Shown here in pieces: positions 30,328 through 40,884 of a stretch of DNA of 53,997 nt. Each line of letters opens with the position of its first letter. Within the stretch, counting starts at the first letter, position 1. The position numbers and the translations under genes were made by a program. The notes under the pieces are model-generated. The model saw only the letters and a program-made list of their open reading frames with translations. It did not search any database and was not told where the DNA came from. The stretch is from an uncultured Bacteroidota bacterium. GTDB lineage: Bacteria; Bacteroidota; Bacteroidia; Flavobacteriales; TMED113. The stretch spans positions 1 through 53,997 of the forward strand of contig CACAKI010000004.1 in NCBI GenBank assembly GCA_902533035.1, given 5' to 3'.

Positions 30328-31488
30328 GTGAGGCTATTTATTCTACTTGTTTTATTAACTAATTTCACATTTTCTCAAAACACAAACACAAACACAAACA
30401 CATTAATTGATAAAAAAACCAATTTAATTGAGGAAATTGAGTTGTCAAAAAAAATGTTAAATTCGGCTCAAAAACAAAAAAATATATCAGTAGAGGAGTT
30501 GAAAGCGCTAATGATTAATATTGAGTTACGTGAAAATTTAAAAAGAACGATAATACTCCAAAAAGATAGCATTGAAATTTATAAACAAGAAATAGAAAAA
30601 AAAATTCAACAAACAGAGGAGAAAAAAGAAATAATCCTAAGTTCTTATAAAAAATTAATTCAACTCACTTATTTTAATGAATTTGAAGCTAGTTTTTTAT
30701 ATTTTATTTTCTCAACACCCTCTTTTAAAGATGCTTTAAATAGATACATATATTATAAAAATCAAGAAAATTTACGTCAAAATTTATTATACGAATTAGA
30801 TTTTTTAAAACACCAATTAATGGTTTTCAAGGAAGACTTAGAATTTGGAATTAGTCTAAAAAACACTTTAATAAATGAATTTAATGCAGAAAAGGACTCT
30901 CTTAAATTTTTAAAAAAAGAACAAGAAAGAATAACAAACCAGTTAACTAATCGCGAAACCGAATTAATTAATTATATAAAAGAAAAAAAAATAGAGGCAA
31001 AAAAGATAGAAGACGAAATAATTAAAATTCAAAAAGAACTGGCAATGAGAAATAATAATGCAGAACAACAAGGGTTGGCTTTTGAAAATAATAAAGGTCA
31101 ATTAATTTGGCCAGTTGAAAAAGGGGTCTTAATTTCTAACTTTGGAGAAGTTTACCATAAGGATTTGCCAGGGATAAAACTTATAAATAATGGTATAGAA
31201 ATAGGTGTTGAAAAAGACACTAAAGTGAGAGCGATTTACAATGGCGTGGTTTCAAAAATACTTATAATGCAAAATGGTTTAAAAGCAATAATGTTGAGAC
31301 ACGGAACATACCTAACAGTTTATGCCAATTTAAAACACACAAATGTCAAGATTGGTCAGACGGTTTCAGAAGGCGAGTTTATTGGTGTTATTTTTTCTAA
31401 AAAAGAAAATGACACTGGTATATTAGATTTTCAGATTTGGCAAGGTCTTGAAAAAATAAATCCAATCAATTGGATAAAGAGTAATTAA
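30328..31488 (+). CDS. envC: Murein hydrolase activator EnvC family (coiled coil plus degenerate M23 domain)
   Basis: FENNKGQLIWPV; NNGIEI and LDFQI replace the Zn-binding motifs. Confidence 0.82.
   Translation: MRLFILLVLLTNFTFSQNTNTNTNTLIDKKTNLIEEIELSKKMLNSAQKQKNISVEELKALMINIELRENLKRTIILQKDSIEIYKQEIEKKIQQTEEKKEIILSSYKKLIQLTYFNEFEASFLYFIFSTPSFKDALNRYIYYKNQENLRQNLLYELDFLKHQLMVFKEDLEFGISLKNTLINEFNAEKDSLKFLKKEQERITNQLTNRETELINYIKEKKIEAKKIEDEIIKIQKELAMRNNNAEQQGLAFENNKGQLIWPVEKGVLISNFGEVYHKDLPGIKLINNGIEIGVEKDTKVRAIYNGVVSKILIMQNGLKAIMLRHGTYLTVYANLKHTNVKIGQTVSEGEFIGVIFSKKENDTGILDFQIWQGLEKINPINWIKSN
30379..30402 (+). repeat. In-frame hexanucleotide microsatellite (AACACA)4 encoding NTNTNTNT
   Basis: Read directly from the sequence. 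Confidence 0.85.
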
Positions 31489-31528
31489 TAATGATAAAAA
31501 AATATTACTTTTATAAAAACAATATATT

Positions 31529-31726
31529 ATGAATATAAACATTTTATTAATAGGTGGATTTGGATGGATGGAATGGGCTGTAATTATAGGTGTAATAATT
31601 TTATTTTTTGGGGCAAATAGGATACCTGAATTAATGAAAGGATTAGGTAGTGGGGTAAAAGAATTTAAAAAAGGCCTAAAAGATGATGATGATGATGATG
31701 TAGATAAGTCTACAAAAAGCAAATAA
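31529..31726 (+). CDS. tatA: Twin-arginine translocase TatA/E
   Basis: G..E...I....LFFGANRIPELMKGLGSGVKEFKKG. Confidence 0.95.
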   Translation: MNINILLIGGFGWMEWAVIIGVIILFFGANRIPELMKGLGSGVKEFKKGLKDDDDDDVDKSTKSK

Positions 31727-31731
31727 TTTTC

Positions 31732-33159
31732 GTGGAACCATATTCTAATTTAGAAAATCTCCAAAAAGAAATTTTCTCTGGTAAAATTAATTGTGTACAA
31801 TTAGTTGAACATTTTATAGAAAGAATAGAGAAAAAAAAGTCTTTAAATATTTTTTTAGAAGTTTTTGAAAAAACCGCCTTAGATTTAGCAAGAAAAATAG
31901 ATAAAAAAATTAAAAATAATTCAGCAGGAGGGCTAGCAGGTTTAATTGTAGGAATAAAAGATAACATTTGTTATAAAGGGCATTGCGTTTCAGCATCTTC
32001 TAAGATTTTAAATGGTTTTGAATCAACATATTCTGCTACTGTTATAGAAAAGTTATTAGCTGAAGATGCAATTATTATAGGTCGTATTAATTGTGATGAA
32101 TTTGCTATGGGTTCTACAAACGAAAATTCCGCATATGGGCCTGTTAAAAACCCATTAAATTCTAATCTGACCCCTGGCGGTTCTTCTGGTGGTTGCGCTG
32201 CTGCTATTGTTGCTAATTTGTGTCATGTTAGCCTGGGTAGTGATACGGGTGGCTCTATTCGCCAACCAGCTTCTTTTTGTAGTATCATAGGCTTTAAACC
32301 ATCTTATGGAATGGTTTCACGCCATGGGCTTATAGCTTATGCGTCTTCTTTTGATCAAATAGGGCCTATGGGAAAATCCATACAGGATATTGATAGAGTA
32401 ATGGAGGTAATTTCTGGTAAAGATAATTTTGACTCTACTTGTGTTTTTGATAAAGCAGATTATAAAATAAAAACAAAACCCCCTAAAAAGATTAACATAT
32501 GCGTCATTAAAGATGCATCAGAACACAAATTACTACATAAGGATGTTAAGAAATCATTTGCAAAACTTTTACATAATTTAAAAAACGCAGGGCATAATAT
32601 AAAAGAGTTTGAGATGCCGATATTGAAATATTTAGTTCCAGCGTATTATATTTTAACCACAGCAGAGGCGTCATCAAATTTAGCGAGATATGATGGGATA
32701 AAATATGGATATAGTAAAGGTAGAATGACAAAAAATTGGTCAGAAATTATTAAACAAACAAGGTCCAGGGGTTTTGGAAAAGAAGTTAAAAGAAGGATAT
32801 TGTTAGGTACATTTGTATTGAGCGAGGGGTATTATGACAACTATTATTCTAAAGCTCAAAAAATAAGAAGGTTGGTTCAAAAAGAAACAGAAAAAATACT
32901 ACAATCTTGTGATTTTATATTATTGCCAACGAGCCCGACAATTCCATTTAAACTAAAAGAAAAACACAATGATCCTACTGTATTATATTTACAGGATGTC
33001 TTTACTGTTCAAGCAAATTTATCAGGTAATCCGGCTATTTCTATTCCAATTTTTCAATATAAAAATGATGCTCCAGTTGGTGGACAATTAATTGGAAAAA
33101 AAGGAAAAGACAAAGAGTTATTACATTTTGGAAACGAAATTTTAAAAAATCATGTATAA
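31732..33159 (+). CDS. gatA: Asp-tRNA(Asn)/Glu-tRNA(Gln) amidotransferase subunit A
   Basis: IKDNI, DEFAMGS, PGGSSGG, GSDTGGSIRQPA, EASSNLARYDG, EVKRRILLGTFVLS. Confidence 0.95.
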   Translation: MEPYSNLENLQKEIFSGKINCVQLVEHFIERIEKKKSLNIFLEVFEKTALDLARKIDKKIKNNSAGGLAGLIVGIKDNICYKGHCVSASSKILNGFESTYSATVIEKLLAEDAIIIGRINCDEFAMGSTNENSAYGPVKNPLNSNLTPGGSSGGCAAAIVANLCHVSLGSDTGGSIRQPASFCSIIGFKPSYGMVSRHGLIAYASSFDQIGPMGKSIQDIDRVMEVISGKDNFDSTCVFDKADYKIKTKPPKKINICVIKDASEHKLLHKDVKKSFAKLLHNLKNAGHNIKEFEMPILKYLVPAYYILTTAEASSNLARYDGIKYGYSKGRMTKNWSEIIKQTRSRGFGKEVKRRILLGTFVLSEGYYDNYYSKAQKIRRLVQKETEKILQSCDFILLPTSPTIPFKLKEKHNDPTVLYLQDVFTVQANLSGNPAISIPIFQYKNDAPVGGQLIGKKGKDKELLHFGNEILKNHV

Positions 33160-34261
33160 AAAAACTCTAATATTTTTCGCCTTCTTTTTATCAATTCATG
33201 CTCAAGAAATCCAATTTAATGAAAGCGAAATAATAGCAAGAATAGATTCTTTAAACGAAAAAACACCGATTGAGTTAGTATATAATTCATCAGTTGAAAA
33301 ACACATAAAGGCATATATTTATAGGGGTAGATCAAACATTAGTAAAATGTTAACTTATACAGAATACTATTTCCCAATAATAGAACCAATACTAGATAAT
33401 TATAATATTCCTTTAGAGCTTAAATACCTTCCGGTTATTGAGTCTCGCTTTAATCCGACTGCAAAATCTCCTGTTGGCGCAAGGGGAATGTGGCAAATTA
33501 TGTTTAATACAGCAAAAGAATATGATTTAATGATTAGCTCTTATATTGATGAAAGAATGGATGTGCCCAAATCTACTAAAGCGGCATGCGAGTATTTTCT
33601 AGAATCGCAAGAAAGATTTAATAACTGGACAACTTCAATTGCCTCCTATAATGTTGGAAAATACGGAGTGTTAAAAGCTATTAAAAGATCAGGTGGTAAA
33701 AAAAATTATTGGGAGTATAGACCCTTTTTGCCTAAAGAAACAAGAGAATATATACCTAAATTAATTGCAGCAATATATGTGATGAATTATGCAGAGGATT
33801 ATGGAATTTATCCTGAAAAAGAAATAAAGATTTTCAATGAAGATATAGACACATTACATATAAATAGAAAATTAAGTTTTGATGCCCTGTCTAAATTAAT
33901 TGATTTAGATCTAGATCATATCAAGAAATTAAACCCTTCTTATAAAATAGGGGTTGTTCCAAATGTGCCAGATCGAAATTTCCACATTAATTTACCTATT
34001 TCAAAAATAGAGTATTTTATCACCAATAAGGATACTATTTATAAGCAACTAGATGAGTTACAGGATGATATAAAATACCCTGATTACGAAGAGATGGTAA
34101 AAAAGATAAATTATAAAATTAAATCAGGCGACTCTTTAAGTAAAATAGCACAAAAATATAATTGTCGAGTTAAAGATATTTTACTTTGGAACGACATGAA
34201 AACAACGAAAATAGTTACTGGAAAAAGATTAAAGATTTATGTTAATGCAGATTATGAGTAG
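33152..34261 (+). CDS. mltD: Lytic transglycosylase (SLT domain) with C-terminal LysM, MltD-like
   Basis: LPVIES, GARGMWQ, SYNVG, LPKETREY, LysM YKIKSGDSLSKIA. Confidence 0.88.
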   Translation: MYKKTLIFFAFFLSIHAQEIQFNESEIIARIDSLNEKTPIELVYNSSVEKHIKAYIYRGRSNISKMLTYTEYYFPIIEPILDNYNIPLELKYLPVIESRFNPTAKSPVGARGMWQIMFNTAKEYDLMISSYIDERMDVPKSTKAACEYFLESQERFNNWTTSIASYNVGKYGVLKAIKRSGGKKNYWEYRPFLPKETREYIPKLIAAIYVMNYAEDYGIYPEKEIKIFNEDIDTLHINRKLSFDALSKLIDLDLDHIKKLNPSYKIGVVPNVPDRNFHINLPISKIEYFITNKDTIYKQLDELQDDIKYPDYEEMVKKINYKIKSGDSLSKIAQKYNCRVKDILLWNDMKTTKIVTGKRLKIYVNADYE

Positions 34262-35222
34262 AAAATTAATATTATTTATTGTATGGTATTTATGTTTTTT
34301 TCAGTCATGTGACTTTCAAACAAAAATAAATTCCACAGGCAAACCACTAGAAATTATATTAATTCAAGGTGAAAAATGTTCAGATAATGATTTTGGGCTA
34401 TTTCAAAAGAATTTAATGGCCCCACAAACACCATTATTAGAGAGTGAACTATATGGTGAGGAAAAAAACTTTTTCCATGTGATTCCAATTTTAGAGAGTG
34501 ATTTTAATAATATATTCAAAACACATAAAAATATTATTTTTCTAAATAATTCAGAATCTTTTAATATTCAAAAAAAAGAAGATGTATGGGCTGTTAATCA
34601 AACCGTTTATTTTTGTTCTGTGAAACAAAATAGTAAAGAAGAGATAATTAAATTCGCTAAATCAGTTGCTGTTAAAATTAAAGACAAGGAAATCACTAAA
34701 AGAAAAAATCACTATACAAAAAAAACCCCCGAGGATATACAAATTTATATAGAGAACAAATTTAATATAAACTTATCTATACCAAACCATTTTTTTATTG
34801 TGGATTCTTTAGAAAGGTTATTGTATTTAAGAGGAGATGAAAAAAAATCATCACAACTTATTTTAATAAGTTCATTTAATTTAGAGCCTACAGTTGCAAA
34901 CATTATATTTGAGCAAAACAGAATAGCTAAAAACAATATATCTAGTGATATAGAAGGGGCTTTTGCTCGTGTTGAACAAAGAACAAAATTATACATTGAC
35001 TCACTAACTACAATTGATGAACACAAGATTAACATTAAGGGTCTATGGAAAATGGAAGGAGATTTTATGGGTGGTAGTTTTTTTACAACACTAATTATTA
35101 ATCCGGTAAATCAACAAAAAACCTTGGCGTCATTTTACCTATATGCACCAGGAGAAAATAAAGCAAATTATTTATTAGATTTAGAAGCAATGTTAACCAG
35201 CGTGAAGTATATCAATAATTAA
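34254..35222 (+). CDS. DUF4837 family lipoprotein
   Basis: Lipobox FQSC, STGKPLEI, GLWKMEGDFMGG, YAPG..K; follows mltD. Confidence 0.75.
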   Translation: MSRKLILFIVWYLCFFQSCDFQTKINSTGKPLEIILIQGEKCSDNDFGLFQKNLMAPQTPLLESELYGEEKNFFHVIPILESDFNNIFKTHKNIIFLNNSESFNIQKKEDVWAVNQTVYFCSVKQNSKEEIIKFAKSVAVKIKDKEITKRKNHYTKKTPEDIQIYIENKFNINLSIPNHFFIVDSLERLLYLRGDEKKSSQLILISSFNLEPTVANIIFEQNRIAKNNISSDIEGAFARVEQRTKLYIDSLTTIDEHKINIKGLWKMEGDFMGGSFFTTLIINPVNQQKTLASFYLYAPGENKANYLLDLEAMLTSVKYINN

Positions 35223-37677
35223 TACGGAATGTTGTTATAAAATTTCTACCTGGACCACTAATTCCAGACCCAAAACTTTTGTAATGCTCATCAAATAGAT
35301 TGTTTATAGAAAACTGACAATTTATTTTTTCAGAAAACTTGTACGATAAGGATAAATTTAATATCGACCAAGCAGGTAGGCCATAGTAAATAACTTCTTG
35401 GTTTGTTAAATAATGGTTAGGATGAATATTAATAAAAGGAGTTTCCTCTAAATTATCTACTCCAGCTAAATCAAAATCTTCAACATTTTTATTTAAAGAA
35501 TATTGAAAATCCAGAAAACAAGATAGTTTTGGTCCATTTTTTTGAATAGATAATTTTCCAAAAACAGGTGGAATATGCGGTACTGACAGTTCGCTATGTC
35601 GATTAATCCCTTTTGTGAAATTTATATCTCCTTTTAAATTAAAGTTTTTTGTTAATTCAGAGTCAAACCCAAAAGTAAATCCAAAAATATCAGCACGCTT
35701 AGTATTTTGATTAGCAAAAGTATAATAAGAATCACCCTCATAAAAAACTTCTGAAACTAATAATTCAGGAGCTCCATTAATAGATGCATTAAGATCAACT
35801 TGTATGCTGTCTTTTAGAATAGCATTTTTGATTTGTGTAAAAAATCCGTTAAAATAAAAAACTCCCAATTTACTTTCTTTAGAAACAAAGACTTCTTGTG
35901 AGTAAACAACTTCAGGGCTCAAATGTATATTTGGAACAGATATATTATTTCCTTTAACGAAAACTTTTGCCATATCATCTATATTGGGAGCGTGAAAACC
36001 TTTAGATAAAACAGCGCTAATTTTCCAAGAATCTGAAGGAAAAAAAGTTATTTTTCCATTACCAGAAAGATTGTTCCAGTTTGCCGAAATAGTAGACTTT
36101 TCCAACCCCATTGAACTTCTAGGGATACTGTCACTAAAATCAGCTTTTAAATAAGAAAAAGTGTTTCTTATGCCAGCTTCAAAAAGAAATTTTTTATTTA
36201 AATTTTTCAAATAATTTAAATATACGGCAGAAGAAAAAGTAGAAGAGCCATCAGCTGGATATCTGGTTGAGCCTATTCCAAATTGCTGGGTATTAGTTTC
36301 AGAAGCAACAAGATTATATATCGATTCTGATCCATATGAAAAATTACCCTTTTTGAAATTAAGATTGAAACTAAACACATCAACAATTTCTTTTCTTTTT
36401 GTAATACTGTCCTCATTTGATTTTTGCTGGTTTCTAGACTCAGTGACTTGTTGATAAGCTAAAATAAATTCAGATTGATCAAATAAAGATCGATTTTGAA
36501 ACCCTAAAAAAGAAAGGCTACTAAAAAATCTTTGTTGTGGCCCATAATACCAATATAAGTATTTGGGTAGATTGTTTCCACAATCACACTTCTCACAGAT
36601 TTCATCAGTTAAATCATTTAGTTTATCAAACCTTGGCACATTTGAAGAAGTAGAATACTGAATGTTAGAGGTCATTCGCCATTCATCATTTATTTTGAAT
36701 AGCATTTTATTTACAATGTCCAACTGTTGAAATCCGGTGTTTTTTTGAATATTAGGATTTTCGTTCATCACAATATCACCATTTTCATTCACGTAGAAAT
36801 TCATTAGGCCCCAATTATTATAACCATGACTTCTTCTTTCTCCCATTTTCACATCACCGTAATCTTTCAAAGAAAAGGCATTAAAAATGGAAAACTTTTT
36901 AGATTCATATAAAAAAGATTGATGCGATGATATCCCATTATAAGCACTAGCGTATCTTGAAAAAAAAGAAGTTTCTATTTTCGGTGAATTCGAAAAATAA
37001 AGACGTTTTGTAGACATGTTTATTGTTCCTCCTAGGGCGTCACTTCCATATAATACGGAACTTGGCCCAAAAATAACCTCTGTACTTTCTAAAATAGACT
37101 CGTCAATAGTAATAATGTTTTGTAAATGCCCTGATCTGTAGATCGCATTATTCAGTCTAACCCCATCTAGTACTAATAAAATTTTATTTGCTTCAAAACC
37201 CCTGATATTAGGACTCCCTCCTCCGAATTGACTTTTTTGAACACTAATTCCACCCTTTTTTTCTAATAAATCAGCAAGGTTTTCAGTGTTCATTTTTTCG
37301 ATCTCTTTTTTTGTAATAAATATCTTTTTAGCAGAACTATTTTTAATATTATTTTTGTTTTGATTATAACTCAAAGTCACTTCTTCAATTTTATATAACA
37401 TTTCTTGAACTCTCCAAAAACCGATTTTTAATAATTCGGTTTTTAATGTTGGCTTTGAATTATATTTAGGGTGTTGTAAATAAATTTTTTCATTATTCGA
37501 AAATCGAGATAAATTCACTATTCCATTAAAATCAGAAAGAACATGAATAGATTTGTCTTCATTAAAAACGGCCACATTATTTATAGCATTATTATTTTCG
37601 TCTACAATGATAATCTTTTGACAAAATGCAGAAAAAGACATCAAAAACACACAAATAAAAAAATAATTTTTCGTCAT
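35212..37677 (-). CDS. TonB-dependent outer membrane receptor
   Basis: Plug QKSQFGGGSPNIRGFEANK..DGVRLNN, GPSSVLYGSDALGG; C-terminal NLFDEHY..GPGRNF. Confidence 0.93.
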   Translation of the reverse strand: MTKNYFFICVFLMSFSAFCQKIIIVDENNNAINNVAVFNEDKSIHVLSDFNGIVNLSRFSNNEKIYLQHPKYNSKPTLKTELLKIGFWRVQEMLYKIEEVTLSYNQNKNNIKNSSAKKIFITKKEIEKMNTENLADLLEKKGGISVQKSQFGGGSPNIRGFEANKILLVLDGVRLNNAIYRSGHLQNIITIDESILESTEVIFGPSSVLYGSDALGGTINMSTKRLYFSNSPKIETSFFSRYASAYNGISSHQSFLYESKKFSIFNAFSLKDYGDVKMGERRSHGYNNWGLMNFYVNENGDIVMNENPNIQKNTGFQQLDIVNKMLFKINDEWRMTSNIQYSTSSNVPRFDKLNDLTDEICEKCDCGNNLPKYLYWYYGPQQRFFSSLSFLGFQNRSLFDQSEFILAYQQVTESRNQQKSNEDSITKRKEIVDVFSFNLNFKKGNFSYGSESIYNLVASETNTQQFGIGSTRYPADGSSTFSSAVYLNYLKNLNKKFLFEAGIRNTFSYLKADFSDSIPRSSMGLEKSTISANWNNLSGNGKITFFPSDSWKISAVLSKGFHAPNIDDMAKVFVKGNNISVPNIHLSPEVVYSQEVFVSKESKLGVFYFNGFFTQIKNAILKDSIQVDLNASINGAPELLVSEVFYEGDSYYTFANQNTKRADIFGFTFGFDSELTKNFNLKGDINFTKGINRHSELSVPHIPPVFGKLSIQKNGPKLSCFLDFQYSLNKNVEDFDLAGVDNLEETPFINIHPNHYLTNQEVIYYGLPAWSILNLSLSYKFSEKINCQFSINNLFDEHYKSFGSGISGPGRNFITTFRINY

Positions 37678-38393
37678 AATAATTCTGTATAAACAGATAC
37701 TAACTTCTTATAATTAAAATTAGAAACATGTATCGCATAATACTTCAGCACATTCTCAATGAGAATTGGATAATCGTTATAACTTAAAGAAAAATTTTCT
37801 AAATCCTCAACATTTTTACATAAAAAATCGTACAAAACCTCACTCATTTTCAAGTTCCATAAATTTAAAGCGTCTTCGTTTTTACTTAAAATAAAAGAAC
37901 CGCTTTGTGGGTCAAATGAATAACCTGCAATATTTTTTATTTTGGCGTAGTCGGGTACTACACCTAAAAATTTGGTAAAATGGATTAAGAACCATAAATC
38001 AAAAAATTTACCTGAACAATAATCGGAATTTAACCAAGAAATACTTTTTTCAATAAAATTATAAAGGTATATATCTTCATTCCCAGATTTTACACAACGA
38101 CTTATCACTTCACACAAAAAAAGAACAGTATTACGCTTTTGGTAGTTCATTAATATTTTTCCGGAGATGGTTTTAAATTCAATACTTTTTATGTAGTGAA
38201 GGTTTTTGTTGGTTTTGTGATGAAAAGAAAGATTAATCACCATAAGTTGTTGTAAATATTTTTTTTTCTTTTTCAGACCATTTTTTATTAAAAATGAAAT
38301 AAGACCTTTTTGTTTGGTTAAGATTCGAACTATTAAATCATTTTCTGAAAAATGAATATGATTTAAAACAATACCCTCGGAATTAATTAACAT
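37674..38393 (-). CDS. recO: DNA repair protein RecO
   Basis: EGIVL...FSENDLIV..LT...G, KR...LFLCE, LGVVP; lies between porZ and the TonB receptor. Confidence 0.85.
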   Translation of the reverse strand: MLINSEGIVLNHIHFSENDLIVRILTKQKGLISFLIKNGLKKKKKYLQQLMVINLSFHHKTNKNLHYIKSIEFKTISGKILMNYQKRNTVLFLCEVISRCVKSGNEDIYLYNFIEKSISWLNSDYCSGKFFDLWFLIHFTKFLGVVPDYAKIKNIAGYSFDPQSGSFILSKNEDALNLWNLKMSEVLYDFLCKNVEDLENFSLSYNDYPILIENVLKYYAIHVSNFNYKKLVSVYTELL

Positions 38394-40819
38394 TAATTAT
38401 AAATTAAAAGTTTTTTGACAACAGTTTCGCTAAAGTCATTGTTAGTACAAAAAAACAAATATACTCCCGTTTTAACTTTTTTTCCAGAGAAATTTTTACC
38501 GTCCCAGGACGCAAACCCACCTTCAGAGTAAGTTTCAAACACCAAGTTCCCAGAAATGTCAGTTATTTTTATATTTGTGTTATCTGTAAGTCCAGATATG
38601 GAAATCAATCCAGAATAATTTTTTTTCACTGGATTAGGAAAAACCAATACATTTTTAAAGTTTTCTTGCGCCTCAGTAGCCATAGACCTAAAGGAACATA
38701 AGCCTAATTCCGTTCCGAAAAAAACATCACCGGATTTTTGGTTAATTTCAATGTTATAAACAGTATTACTTAATAAGGGGCTGTTTTCAGAAGTAAAGTG
38801 GTATATTTCCTCTGTTCCATTTTCGGAAATTAAGAAAACACCCTTTCCTTCTGTAGCAAACCATTTTCTATTACCACCATCTATTTTAATATCAAGAACG
38901 TTTGTATTATACAATAACCTTTCTACATAACCATCTACTTCAACTAGTGGGGTTTCACAGTCAAAATTGGATGAACTAAAAATATTATTAGGAAAATGAA
39001 AAACCCCAACACCATTTGATGTTCCAACCCAAATGGATCCATCTAAATCTTCAACAAAAGCATTAACTGTGTTGCTAGGTAAATTACCATAAGAAGGAGA
39101 TGAATTTATTTTTTTTTCATTTAAAATTTCATTATTCTTTGAGCTTGAAAGCACAATAATTCCTTCACCCCTTGATTGTATCCATTTTTGATCGTTAGTA
39201 GCACAAAGAATTTTTCCAACCATGGTGTTTGTTGAGATAGAGCTTAATGTGAAGCTTTCCCAAACTTGATTTTTAAAAAAAGAAATAGGGCTTTCTGCTT
39301 GAGAGTTTGTGACCCAAAGATCGTTATTTGCATCTAAACAACACCCACCTATTCGAATCCACCCATCATTAGTTATGGCTTGTAAAGAACTATTATTTTC
39401 GTTATAAATTTTAATCAAACTTTTATTAGAAAATTCTAAAAGACCACCATTCCAACTTCCTACAAAGAATTGGTTTTCGGAACCGGAAATAGTCAAGAGA
39501 TCGTTGATCTCTAAATCTTTTAATGAAGATGTTTTCTCCCAAGTATTATTGCTGTAAATAGATAACTCTTTTATAATATTAAGATTGTTCCAGGAGCTGT
39601 TCTTCCCCCCATGAGCAATAATCAATTCATCCCCCAAAAAAGACATGTCGCCAAAGGTGTTGGCCGAGGGGCCATTAGGGATAAAGGTGTTCTCAAAATA
39701 AAAATCACCTTGATATATAACACACTGTGTTAACCCCCTTACTGCGTCAGAAAAATATATTTTAATTACATCTCCTTTCTCATTTTTGTTAAACATTAAA
39801 TTATTAAACCCATTGAGTGAATTTAATGGTGAAATTGAAAACATGTCTATATTTAGTGAGGTTGGGTTTTTTCCGGTTACACCATCTAGGCTATCTATAT
39901 AAAACAACTTACTAAAACTAAATCCCATTAGTGCACTGTTTTTTATGTAGCCAGACACAATACTTTCATTGGCATTACATATTTCAGGGATTTCTTGCGC
40001 AACAAAAAGATTTTTTTGTTTTGAAAAAATTAATATTTCGCACGATCCAGTTGTGGCATTTGTTTCATTATAATTATTGGGGAATAAAATTAATTCACCA
40101 TTTTTCTCATTTTGTCCAAGTAATTTTTTAACTCCATTTGTAAATGAAGAGGGTGTTATTTTTCCTACGTTATTTAAAATAGAGTATTCTGTAATCCAGC
40201 TATTAGGATCTAATAAATTAGGATTATTTTTAGATGCAGAAAAAAGACCAAAATCAGTTGCAACAAAGATTTTCCCAGATAAATATGGGTTTTCCACGGA
40301 ATAATCAAAAACAAAAGAATCGAAAACAGCACCATAAGATCCGTTATTCCAAAAATAATAAGTATCTAAAATTTCAGCATTACTAATATTGACTGTTACT
40401 AATCCAAATGAACAAGAAAGGTATGCAACCCCTTCGTTGACATGAATATTATTTATTTTTTTACTTCCAACAATGTTATTAGCGTTTTTAATGTATGGGA
40501 TATTAATAATTTGAGCTCCGGACATTAAATCAAGATTTCCGTTTTCATAACCAATTATTAAAATATTAGAATCAGGGTCGGAATTAATAGCGGTAACACT
40601 ATTATCATTTAGGCCGTTTAATTTAGAAAAGGATTCTATACTATTATCAGATTGGTTATATGTAAAAAATTGTGATTTTGTTCCAGTATAGATGGTGTTT
40701 TGTTTAGAAAACAGACAGGTTCCCTCAGTGTAATTAAGATGAATATTCCATTCCCCCACTCTAGACTGTGAGAATGAATTATAAAAAACGAATAGAAAAA
40801 ATAAAAGAAAAATCCTCAT
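38393..40819 (-). CDS. porZ: T9SS PorZ-like protein (beta-propellers plus CTD)
   Basis: GEWNIH, propeller repeats (EDLDGSIWVGT), DGGNRKWFAT, CTD VFPNPV...WDG...GVY. Confidence 0.85.
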   Translation of the reverse strand: MRIFLLFFLFVFYNSFSQSRVGEWNIHLNYTEGTCLFSKQNTIYTGTKSQFFTYNQSDNSIESFSKLNGLNDNSVTAINSDPDSNILIIGYENGNLDLMSGAQIINIPYIKNANNIVGSKKINNIHVNEGVAYLSCSFGLVTVNISNAEILDTYYFWNNGSYGAVFDSFVFDYSVENPYLSGKIFVATDFGLFSASKNNPNLLDPNSWITEYSILNNVGKITPSSFTNGVKKLLGQNEKNGELILFPNNYNETNATTGSCEILIFSKQKNLFVAQEIPEICNANESIVSGYIKNSALMGFSFSKLFYIDSLDGVTGKNPTSLNIDMFSISPLNSLNGFNNLMFNKNEKGDVIKIYFSDAVRGLTQCVIYQGDFYFENTFIPNGPSANTFGDMSFLGDELIIAHGGKNSSWNNLNIIKELSIYSNNTWEKTSSLKDLEINDLLTISGSENQFFVGSWNGGLLEFSNKSLIKIYNENNSSLQAITNDGWIRIGGCCLDANNDLWVTNSQAESPISFFKNQVWESFTLSSISTNTMVGKILCATNDQKWIQSRGEGIIVLSSSKNNEILNEKKINSSPSYGNLPSNTVNAFVEDLDGSIWVGTSNGVGVFHFPNNIFSSSNFDCETPLVEVDGYVERLLYNTNVLDIKIDGGNRKWFATEGKGVFLISENGTEEIYHFTSENSPLLSNTVYNIEINQKSGDVFFGTELGLCSFRSMATEAQENFKNVLVFPNPVKKNYSGLISISGLTDNTNIKITDISGNLVFETYSEGGFASWDGKNFSGKKVKTGVYLFFCTNNDFSETVVKKLLIYN

Positions 40820-40866
40820 AATTTATATCTAAATATAAAGATATAACGTATTGATTAAAAAATTAA

Positions 40867-40874
40867 TACTTTTG
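40867..40874 (+). promoter_or_regulatory. -7 promoter element of tRNA-Arg
   Basis: TACTTTTG ends 10 nt upstream of the tRNA. Confidence 0.65.
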
Positions 40875-40884
40875 TGGTCATTTT

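Noticed and set aside
31682-31699. (GAT)6 run in tatA
   Set aside because: It encodes the ordinary acidic, variable TatA tail.
31725-31740. Second parS-like sequence (CGTGGAAC) at the gatA start
   Set aside because: Only a half-site, not palindromic.
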